From IMG/VR virus record IMGVR_UViG_3300032931_000293: a DNA stretch of 20,000 nucleotides; one strand, 5' to 3'. Of the stretch, positions 7,663 to 14,316 are shown piece after piece. Position 1 is the first letter of the stretch, and every line of letters starts with the position of its first letter. The translations under genes and the position numbers were made by a program. Origin of the DNA: an uncultured virus (IMG/VR IMGVR_UViG_3300032931_000293) (taxonomy: Duplodnaviria; Heunggongvirae; Uroviricota; Caudoviricetes). The notes under the pieces were generated by a model. The model was not told where the DNA came from, searched no databases, and saw only the letters and a list, made by a program, of their open reading frames with translations.

Positions 7663-7917
7663 ATGAAACTTTATGCTCCATACGAAAACAGTATTACGAT
7701 TGGTCAATGGTCGGGATGTCGCACATTGCACCGTGAGGATGGATCATCCGTTCATGGTGTTTTGATTGCACCAAGTATTCATGATGTTTTCTTTGATGGG
7801 ATTGAAGCATTGCGATTGTACGATTTGCACCGTAATGCATTGAAGGTTGGCACGGTTTCCATGTATTGTGAAACTAAACGGGATAATTGGAAAAAGGGAA
7901 TTGAATTACCCTCTTGA
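7663..7917 (+). CDS. Hypothetical protein, leaderless
   Basis: ORF track 7630..7917 starts on the -35 box; the real start is probably ATG 7663. Confidence 0.8.
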   Translation: MKLYAPYENSITIGQWSGCRTLHREDGSSVHGVLIAPSIHDVFFDGIEALRLYDLHRNALKVGTVSMYCETKRDNWKKGIELPS

Positions 7918-7961
7918 CAATCCTTCCTAGTCGTTAGGATAAATCCCATAAGGAAAACACT

Positions 7962-8177
7962 ATGCGATTCCAAGTCAAAGCATGGAAGGATAACGGGGAA
8001 CCATATAAGGATGGGACAAGTAGTGTTCAGTTGATTCGGAATATATCCGCCATGGATGCACGGCATGCCGTGATGGCAACCTTTCCCAATGCAATGTTTT
8101 GTGGATATGTTGGTCATCGTGCTAAGTATTGGGTTCCAACCCTTCACAATGGCCATGTTATAGCCTATAAGGCTTGA
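7962..8177 (+). CDS. Hypothetical protein
   Basis: Promoter 7914, SD AAGGA. Confidence 0.8.
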   Translation: MRFQVKAWKDNGEPYKDGTSSVQLIRNISAMDARHAVMATFPNAMFCGYVGHRAKYWVPTLHNGHVIAYKA

Positions 8178-8233
8178 CTTTTCTTCCTAAACCTTCGAGT
8201 AGCCTTCTAAGCCCTTACTGGTTTGGAAGCTAC

Positions 8234-8254
8234 CCTTGAGTAGTGTGTGATACG
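8234..8254 (+). repeat. 21-bp dispersed element, copy 7
   Basis: CCTTGAG TAG TGTGTGATACG plus extension. Confidence 0.9.
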
Positions 8255-8315
8255 GATTATCGAGTAACTTGGAATTAACTACTTGACATTGATTGGAAGG
8301 CATTAGACTAAGAGC

Positions 8316-8621
8316 ATGGAAACGATCAAGACTCCCCATGACCTCAAGTTGAAGGATGGAACTCCGATTCCCAAGGGCAGCACGTTGCTGTTTGTCCGTC
8401 ACTACGCTGAAGGAACGCTTCAGACCGTGGGAGTTTTCTCCTATAAGGGTCGTGAGCTACGCATGCGCTATCGGCATGTTATTAAGGTTCCTAGCGTCAA
8501 GAGAATTGATAAGTGGGTTTATGATTCCGTTTGCGAAAGTGTTTTTGGAAACACTTGTGAACCGGATGGTTATGGGAGTGAAGGCGAGCCTTCATGGTTG
8601 CTTGCCTTGGGCTTGGTTTAA
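8316..8621 (+). CDS. Conserved hypothetical phage protein, leaderless
   Basis: TTGACA(8283)-N15-TAGACT-N6-ATG; C-terminal C..EPDG....G.PSWLLALG motif recalled from phage hypothetical proteins. Confidence 0.8.
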   Translation: METIKTPHDLKLKDGTPIPKGSTLLFVRHYAEGTLQTVGVFSYKGRELRMRYRHVIKVPSVKRIDKWVYDSVCESVFGNTCEPDGYGSEGEPSWLLALGLV

Positions 8622-8658
8622 CCTCTTGACATCCACGGAAACGTGATAGGATACATAC

Positions 8659-9180
8659 ATGAACACCAACACCCTCCCCGTCACCAATGAGCCGAGCCTT
8701 GCGAGTGTTCCCATTGATTTGCCTTTGGGATTGGTTAAAATGCTCTCTTACAAAGGGACTTTTTGTTCCATTAAGATGCAACGGCCTATGAAAATGCGGA
8801 AGGGCCGGGCTGAAATTGTTAAGATTTCACAATTCACCGTGCGAGTCGGGGTTTCTTATGATTCTCAAATCGGGGTAAAGGAACGTCGGGAAAATGGGGA
8901 GTTGCCGGAAGAAAATGCCGGCTTAATCGGTCGGGAATGGATTATCCCCAATTATATTTTGCGGAGCCTTAAATCCGGAAAAATGATGATCCGAGTGACT
9001 CCGGTCCATAATGATGCTTGTAAGCGATTGGTTGAGTATATTCGCAATGGTAAGTCAATCTCAAAGGGTGAAGCGGAGATAGATTGCCTTGCAAGTGAAT
9101 TTGCGGATCGTGGTGATTGGAAAGGCGCAATGGATATAACGGCGGAATACATTACAGAAGTAAATGGTGAAGTAGTTTGA
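8659..9180 (+). CDS. Hypothetical protein (173 aa), leaderless
   Basis: TTGACA(8626)-N15-TAGGAT-N6-ATG. Confidence 0.85.
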   Translation: MNTNTLPVTNEPSLASVPIDLPLGLVKMLSYKGTFCSIKMQRPMKMRKGRAEIVKISQFTVRVGVSYDSQIGVKERRENGELPEENAGLIGREWIIPNYILRSLKSGKMMIRVTPVHNDACKRLVEYIRNGKSISKGEAEIDCLASEFADRGDWKGAMDITAEYITEVNGEVV

Positions 9181-9184
9181 AGTA

Positions 9185-9223
9185 AATAAAAGTGGCTTAG
9201 AGTAATTCTAAGCCACTTTTATT
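9185..9223. terminator. Bidirectional terminator between convergent genes
   Basis: 17-bp perfect inverted repeat AATAAAAGTGGCTTAGA/TCTAAGCCACTTTTATT overlapping the endonuclease stop. Confidence 0.85.
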
Positions 9224-10363
9224 ATTAGATATATACTGTGTGATACATTGCTCAAGGAAAACCAATGGTTCTTTTTCGTAATATGGTATTTCAATAAGAT
9301 GGATATTGTTTTTATTGCAATACTCTTTTTTAATATTATCATTATATTTAATTCGTTCAAATGTTTTTTCACCACCCCAACCTTTAATTGGTTTAAAATG
9401 TTGTTCTCCTTGATATTCAATTGCTATCTTGTAATTAGATATATAAAAGTCAAATGGTAATTTATTTTTCTTTCCTCTACAATCATCAAAGGACTTTTGC
9501 GGTTCAAATAATATATTTTTTCTTTTTAAATAATTATATATTAGTTTTTCCCCTTTTGATTTTTTACATATTGGGCATCCGCATTGTATTCCAATATGAC
9601 TAAGAGAATTTTGTAAGAATTCTCCATGAATTGGACAAATTATTATTCCTTTTGTTTGAGCATTTACATAAATAAATTTATCGTAGCGATAGAGATTATT
9701 ATGAATTTTATTAGCTCTTTCTATAAATTCTTCAAGTGTCTTTCTAGTTTTATTTCCATTACTATCCAAATAACAGTTTCTACACCCACAATGTGAAAGA
9801 TGTTGGTCGGGTGGTTGCTCAAATATCCCATGTTTACTACATATTATTTTTATTGGTGTTTGGGAGTCAATGTATTGGGATACACTATAATCATATCTAT
9901 CTCCGTGAATCTCTTTTGCTTTTGAGATAAAATCCAATAAATTTCCTCTAGTTTTTAGTACTTTTTCCATTATTCCACATTTTCTACATCCCTTTCCGTA
10001 TATATGAGTGTGAGCCGTTTGTTCAAAAATTCCATGGATAGGGCAAATTATCTTGACTTTTCTTTCTGATCCTATATATTCCACCAAACTATAGTCATAC
10101 TTACTTTTATGTTTTAAAGTGGAAATGTCAATAAACTTTTGTGTTGTGAGTGTTGTTTTTTCAATATTTACTAATTTTCCACATTTTTTACAACCATATT
10201 TCCTATGACAATCGGGAGTTTGTTCAAATTCTCCATGAATTGGACAAATTATCTTGATTTTAGTGTAAGCATTCTTATAAACAACTAAAGAATAATCGTA
10301 CTTATTTTTGTGAAATAATTTAGATCTATTAATAAATTCATCTTGTGTTAACGCTTTAGGCAT
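9197..10363 (-). CDS. Putative free-standing homing endonuclease: four zinc-binding repeats (DUF723-like) plus a C-terminal Vsr/DUF559-like PD-(D/E)XK nuclease
   Basis: Four repeats of F..K....H...YDYS...Y......I.IICP.HG.F.Q....H....GC..C; C-terminal SKGE...PFDFY....IAIEYQGEQH; SD AGGAG; AT-rich and opposite in strand to its neighbours. Confidence 0.85.
   Translation of the reverse strand: MPKALTQDEFINRSKLFHKNKYDYSLVVYKNAYTKIKIICPIHGEFEQTPDCHRKYGCKKCGKLVNIEKTTLTTQKFIDISTLKHKSKYDYSLVEYIGSERKVKIICPIHGIFEQTAHTHIYGKGCRKCGIMEKVLKTRGNLLDFISKAKEIHGDRYDYSVSQYIDSQTPIKIICSKHGIFEQPPDQHLSHCGCRNCYLDSNGNKTRKTLEEFIERANKIHNNLYRYDKFIYVNAQTKGIIICPIHGEFLQNSLSHIGIQCGCPICKKSKGEKLIYNYLKRKNILFEPQKSFDDCRGKKNKLPFDFYISNYKIAIEYQGEQHFKPIKGWGGEKTFERIKYNDNIKKEYCNKNNIHLIEIPYYEKEPLVFLEQCITQYISNNKSGLELL
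9237..9257 (-). repeat. 21-bp dispersed element, copy 8 (inverted, inside the endonuclease 3' end)
   Basis: Reverse complement reads CCTTGAG CAA TGTATCACACA. Confidence 0.7.
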
Positions 10364-10514
10364 ATATTCTCCTGATAGGTAAAAGAAGTGAGAGGTAAGC
10401 CGTACTCATCAGGTTTCGGGCAGGGGTAATTAAGCCTTGTCCCTCTCATTCCTTATTTATTATACCACTTGACTTATCCAAAATAACTCATATACTTCCT
10501 CCAAAGGAACCTAT

Positions 10515-10727
10515 ATGAACCGTAAGCAGGCACTTATTGAAGATCATAAGGAGTTACTCGAAATCCGCTTGAAGAGTATTAAGAGGGATTGGAGTAACCG
10601 TAATAAGCCTCGATTTGATAGAGATTTGCTTAAGTGGCTTATTGGTGAAGCAAAAACCCATAAGCACATGATTGTGCAACTTTCCGAGTTGCCGAATGCG
10701 CCATTTGACTTTTGTGGAAGCTGGTGA
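10515..10727 (+). CDS. Hypothetical protein
   Basis: Promoter 10469 (N16-TATACT), SD AAGGA. Confidence 0.8.
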   Translation: MNRKQALIEDHKELLEIRLKSIKRDWSNRNKPRFDRDLLKWLIGEAKTHKHMIVQLSELPNAPFDFCGSW

Positions 10728-10891
10728 TCCTTTTAGTTCAACAATTGGACATTGTGACATACCTTGCTATAGTTAATAGCAAGGTTATGGTTGTTTACGA
10801 GTGGGAGAATAACCTGGCATTGCACTTTCATATCATTGAAAGGAAATTAGTGCTTGACACCGAGACAATTGAAGTAGACTTAGAAACATAA
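10724..10891 (+). CDS. Possible hypothetical protein (55 aa, GTG start)
   Basis: GTGA coupling; open frame filling the gap. Confidence 0.5.
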   Translation: MILLVQQLDIVTYLAIVNSKVMVVYEWENNLALHFHIIERKLVLDTETIEVDLET

Positions 10892-10901
10892 GGAGTATAT
10901 T

Positions 10902-11099
10902 ATGTGGATAAACATTAAAGAGAAACTACCTGAAATCCATAAAGAAGTTTTGGTTTGGGTTGATGGTCATCGAAGGCCTGCTTGGAGTAATAACTATGCA
11001 CTAGTTGCATATATGGAAAGTGATGGAGTGTTTTGGGAAGAGATGCATGACGAAATTGTTATTGGTGTCACTCATTGGATGGAATATCAAAAGCCTTGA
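10902..11099 (+). CDS. DUF551-family phage protein
   Basis: W.....LPE....VLV N-terminus and VTHWM C-terminal signature; SD AAGGAG. Confidence 0.85.
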   Translation: MWINIKEKLPEIHKEVLVWVDGHRRPAWSNNYALVAYMESDGVFWEEMHDEIVIGVTHWMEYQKP

Positions 11100-11140
11100 C
11101 TTCCTCAAAAGCCACATAAGCTACTCTCAAGGAAACCATC

Positions 11141-11374
11141 ATGCAAGATTCTATCATCGTCTATCGTAATCCTATGGAAAAGGCTATGTGGGAAAGCGGG
11201 AATATGCACCTTGGTATCATTTTCGCTATTACCATGGGAATTACCTTTTTCCTAGTTTACAAGGGACTTGAAAAGATTACCGGGGAGAAGTGGAATCAAC
11301 CTAATTGGTTCCTTTGGGTTAGTGGAACCCTTGGAGTTATTGCGGGTGTTGCCGCTTGTTGGTTTATCGGCTGA
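11141..11374 (+). CDS. Two-TM membrane protein
   Basis: Promoter 11096, SD AAGGA, two hydrophobic segments. Confidence 0.8.
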   Translation: MQDSIIVYRNPMEKAMWESGNMHLGIIFAITMGITFFLVYKGLEKITGEKWNQPNWFLWVSGTLGVIAGVAACWFIG

Positions 11375-11397
11375 CCTAAAACACAAGGAACATTATA

Positions 11398-11694
11398 ATG
11401 CGTATTATTATTTGTCTTATTATTTCTATTGCGATTACCGGTTGTGCCCCTAGCATCGGGGAAGTTCAGCAAGTAGGTATCACTGACCAAAAAAACGTTA
11501 TTGAACGAAATGCACCTAAGCCTCGATTTACTATCATATATCAAGGCAAGTTTTCAGGTGGTGAAGCGGATTTTAAGACATATCGAGCAATTTATACGAT
11601 TATTGACAATTCAACGGGTCAAGAGTTTCTTGGAATTGAAGGGGTTGGAGTTTCTAGTTTGACTTCAAGCGGCAAGACTTCTTGCGAAAAGTAA
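11398..11694 (+). CDS. Putative lipoprotein
   Basis: MR, a hydrophobic stretch, then the lipobox ITG-C; SD AAGGA. Confidence 0.8.
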   Translation: MRIIICLIISIAITGCAPSIGEVQQVGITDQKNVIERNAPKPRFTIIYQGKFSGGEADFKTYRAIYTIIDNSTGQEFLGIEGVGVSSLTSSGKTSCEK

Positions 11695-11729
11695 CTTGAC
11701 ATTCCATAAAGCAACATAGAATCAAACCC

Positions 11730-11960
11730 ATGAGCAATCCAACTAAAGAATATCTTGAAGGTGAAACTCGGGCAATGGAGGATGATGCGGGAGTTAGTAT
11801 GCAAAGTCCTTTCGCAAATCCATACGATGAACGGGATGAGCCGGAAAAGGCTTTCGAGTGGCAATGTGGTTATAACAATTTTAACCATAACCGTAGGAAG
11901 AATATGATGGCACAGATGGAGAGTGAAGGAAGTTGGTACGACCCATACGATTCCCCTTGA
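11730..11960 (+). CDS. Hypothetical acidic protein, leaderless
   Basis: TTGACA(11696)-N15-TAGAAT-N7-ATG. Confidence 0.8.
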   Translation: MSNPTKEYLEGETRAMEDDAGVSMQSPFANPYDERDEPEKAFEWQCGYNNFNHNRRKNMMAQMESEGSWYDPYDSP

Positions 11961-11989
11961 CTTCTCGAAAAAGACTATAGAATAAGACA

Positions 11990-12250
11990 CATAACCCACA
12001 AGGAAGAAACCTTAAGATGCGAATAACAAGCCTGTCCTAACTATCTCCTACGATGGTTAGAGGGGCAAAGAGCGTAGGATAGGCTTCGAGTGTTGGATGG
12101 TTCCTATGCTCCTCGAAGCGACTTGCTTTCAGCCGGATGGTTTAGTCAAGCCATTGAACCGAGGATAAGCTTTCATTGGTTAGCAAGGGATTAAAGGCCC
12201 TACCCACTTGCCTAGAAAACAAGGGTGATAAGTGAAGCCGAGGGAATAAG
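11990..12250 (+). ncRNA. Candidate structured ncRNA A
   Basis: Promoter 11957 (N15-TAGAAT); only a 7-codon ORF follows the SD; stems AAGCCTGTCCTA/TAGGATAGGCTT, CTAACTAT/ATGGTTAG, GCTTCGAG/CTCGAAGC and further hairpins. Confidence 0.6.
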
Positions 12251-12341
12251 TTGACTTGCTCCAAAGGGCATATAACTAGACGGGGGTTGCTTGGCTCCAA
12301 CCCCCCGCTTGACTTCTTGAAAAAGACTATAGAATAACTCT

Positions 12342-12833
12342 CGTTGAAAACGATATAGAGTGGCTTAAGAGTGGGACGAGAATCATATGTTGCTAGTACC
12401 AACACCATGATATGGATAATCGGCGGGTATCAAACCATAATCCTATCTAATCAATAGGCAATGTCACTTGGGATAATATCCCTAACACTTCCGGGTGGAA
12501 CAACCGATAACGGAAACTCAATCCTACTCCTAAGCTACTTTATATCTTGACAATCCATGAACCGCCTTGGGTCAGAATGACCAAAGTATGTAGCACGATT
12601 CATACTAATGTACTCTACCCCAAGACCGTTCATAGATTGCCAAAAGTAATCTACCATTCAGGTCATTGAAAGTAGCTTGACTAGCTATCAAGTGAAGGTA
12701 TGATGCAAAGCGGTTAGCTACTGCAAAGCATGACGTTCAATCCGTTCGCCCGAAGCCACTAGTTACACATGGACCTCGATTGACCGTCCCGATGATAAAA
12801 GCAAAGGTCATAAATCATTGCTTCCATGTGTGT
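12342..12833 (+). ncRNA. Candidate large structured ncRNA(s) B
   Basis: Promoter 12309; 25-bp stem 12352-12376/12522-12546 with three G-U pairs, enclosing a multibranch domain; long hairpin 12551-12639; 9-bp stem 12765-12773/12823-12831; no credible ORF. Confidence 0.7.
12657..12758 (+). ncRNA. Possible degenerate tRNA-like RNA (no. 0)
   Basis: GACG-TTCAATC-CGTT T-arm followed at canonical spacing by GCCCGAA-G-CCA; 5' partner TTCAGGT; TTGA/TCAA D-like stem with a hairpin insert. Confidence 0.4.
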
Positions 12834-12931
12834 CTTGACTTCTTGAAAATGCTCTTTAGAATATGATTCATAAGGATAAGAGACTTGATAACGAGTCCTA
12901 GTGGCCTAATAGCTGCGAATATCCTTTATAT

Positions 12932-13055
12932 GAGGCGAGTAAGTTTTATTGGTAAAACTCAACCCAGTAGTGAACGGGGAACTACGCCAAAGTACAAGGC
13001 GACTATCCCAAGTAATGAATGGTTGGAACGTGGTTCAACTCCCGCCGCCTCTCCA
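12932..13055 (+). ncRNA. tRNA-like RNA no. 1 with a ~56-nt insertion in place of the anticodon loop
   Basis: Acceptor GAGGCG/CGCCTC plus T-CCA; D arm AGTTTT-ATTGGT-AAAACT; stem CAACC/GGTTG; T loop GG-TTCAACT-CC. Confidence 0.7.
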
Positions 13056-13095
13056 CTTGACAAAAGCTCTTTGCTAGTTAGAATGTAATCATGAT

Positions 13096-13226
13096 GGAAC
13101 GAAGTATCCAAATACTTTAAGAGGGTTGCAAACTTCTTTTAGTATGGTTTAAGGAACTCTATACCGTACCCAATCGGCTCTGGAGTGGGGTAATTCCTCA
13201 AGTTGGTTCAATCCCAACCCGTTCCA
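13096..13226 (+). ncRNA. tRNA-like RNA no. 2 (class II-like) with D-loop and anticodon-arm insertions
   Basis: Own promoter at 13057; acceptor GGAACG/CGTTCC; D stem TCC/GGA; CTCTA/TGGAG stem; variable arm GGGG-TAAT-TCCT; perfect T arm GTTGG-TTCAATC-CCAAC. Confidence 0.75.
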
Positions 13227-13232
13227 CTATAT

Positions 13233-13338
13233 GAGGGAATAGCATAAAGTCGTGACCTGATCCGTTGGAATGCGCCGGAACTACCTTGATGTACACAAGG
13301 ACTATCCGGAGAACGTGGAGCAATACCACACACCCTCG
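13233..13338 (+). ncRNA. tRNA-like RNA no. 3 with an extended anticodon arm
   Basis: Acceptor GAGGG/CCCTC; TA then D stem GCAT/ATGC; CCGGA/TCCGG stem extended by ACTA-CCTTG-ATGTACA-CAAGG-ACTA; T arm GTGG-AGCAATA-CCAC. Confidence 0.7.
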
Positions 13339-13345
13339 CAACAAG

Positions 13346-13373
13346 AACCCTATCCTAACCGATAGGGTTTTTT
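13346..13373 (+). terminator. Rho-independent terminator closing the RNA cluster
   Basis: AACCCTATC-ctaacc-GATAGGGTT-TTTT. Confidence 0.85.
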
Positions 13374-13418
13374 GTTGACTTATCCAAAATCACTATAGAA
13401 TATCTCCAAAGGAACAAC

Positions 13419-13634
13419 ATGAACAAAGTCCCTAATATTCTACTTCCGGCCAATGCAACACTTAATGGAATTAAAATTACCGCATATCCTAGTTTCGATG
13501 GACATCCTACATTCTCATTCAAGGATGGATTCAATAGGGATCGTATTCCGACCGGTCAAATAGTTATCTTCGATGAGTTTCCTAATAATCCCGTTATGCT
13601 CGATAGGAAACTATTTTGCTGGGTTCCGGCTTAA
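13419..13634 (+). CDS. Hypothetical protein
   Basis: Promoter 13375, SD AAGGA. Confidence 0.8.
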   Translation: MNKVPNILLPANATLNGIKITAYPSFDGHPTFSFKDGFNRDRIPTGQIVIFDEFPNNPVMLDRKLFCWVPA

Positions 13635-13635
13635 T

Positions 13636-13887
13636 ATGCCCGAATACACCGTTTGCTCAAACTTTACTCACTTCAATGGACACTTAGAAGATGTCAAGTA
13701 TCTTCTAAAGGAAATTGATAAGTCTAATGATATCAAGGACATAAAGAAACTTGTAAGCAACTTGGAAGCTACTATTAGCACCTTGGTAGCTTGTGCAACT
13801 GATATGCATCAAGGTGGAAAAGCTATGGAAGCTCGTCTAATGCTCTATCGAAGTGCTATCGAGTCACTCGGATTTGCTCGTGTGTAA
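13636..13887 (+). CDS. Hypothetical helical protein
   Basis: ORF track 13573..13887; start placed just after the upstream stop. Confidence 0.7.
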   Translation: MPEYTVCSNFTHFNGHLEDVKYLLKEIDKSNDIKDIKKLVSNLEATISTLVACATDMHQGGKAMEARLMLYRSAIESLGFARV

Positions 13888-14053
13888 ATACCCACCACTT
13901 CCTAATGAGATTTTTGATAGTAACTTAAAAATCCGTTGGGAGAAGTGGAAGCATATGTCAGATACTCGAAAGGCCAATTTTGTCAAGGCGTGTGTGATGA
14001 GCCTTATAGGTTGGAAACGTAGTTATGGCTTGCTTCCTAAGAAACCTCAATAG
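13880..14053 (+). CDS. Hypothetical basic protein
   Basis: ORF track 13853..14053; probable GTG start overlapping the upstream gene end. Confidence 0.55.
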   Translation: MCKYPPLPNEIFDSNLKIRWEKWKHMSDTRKANFVKACVMSLIGWKRSYGLLPKKPQ

Positions 14054-14062
14054 GATACTTGT

Positions 14063-14287
14063 ATGAGCGATGAATATACTAACCGTTGTAAAGTCCTAGC
14101 CCAATGGCTATCAATTCGTGAAGTAATTGGTGCGGCAAAGGACATGCATAAGAATATGTCAAATGTACATCCGAATTACTCGGCGTATGTGAATAGACTA
14201 GAAGATTTACGAAATAGACAAACCAAAATGACATATGAACATCCATGGCTTGATAGGGTGTTAAGTGAACTTGGTAAAGGTATTTGA
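14063..14287 (+). CDS. Hypothetical protein, leaderless
   Basis: TTGCTT(14030)-N15-TAGGAT-N6-ATG. Confidence 0.8.
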   Translation: MSDEYTNRCKVLAQWLSIREVIGAAKDMHKNMSNVHPNYSAYVNRLEDLRNRQTKMTYEHPWLDRVLSELGKGI

Positions 14288-14316
14288 CTTTTCAAACCAC
14301 TTGATAGGATACTTTT

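Noticed and set aside
8174..8200. Promoter at TTGACT 8174 (also TTGAC at 2227, 4737, 5142, 12547)
   Set aside because: No TAnnnT at 15-17 bp spacing.
10404..10418. Hammerhead ribozyme (minus strand has CGAAAC and CTGATGAG)
   Set aside because: GAAAC directly abuts CTGATGAG, leaving no room for stem III, the cleavage triplet and stem I.
10761..10785. Perfect 10-bp inverted repeat ACCTTGCTAT/ATAGCAAGGT as a terminator
   Set aside because: It has no U-tract, lies inside a probable small ORF and occurs once; its function cannot be supported.
12029..12086. HDV-like or twister ribozyme
   Set aside because: There is a TCCTACG loop and a terminal P2-like stem, but I could not build a convincing P1 or J4/2 (HDV) or P4 and pseudoknots (twister).
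12932..13055. tmRNA (3' end GGTTCAACTCCCGCC...CCA resembles ssrA)
   Set aside because: Only 124 nt between the acceptor strands, no G3-U70 alanine identity pair, a D stem is present, and there is no tag reading frame.
13091..13120. Leaderless 9-codon ORF MMERSIQIL
   Set aside because: It coincides with the 5' strand of tRNA-like RNA 2, whose structure explains the sequence better.
12932..13338. Canonical tRNAs, or tRNAs with group I introns
   Set aside because: No 7-nt loop at the anticodon position, and the inserts (under 60 nt) are far too short for self-splicing introns.
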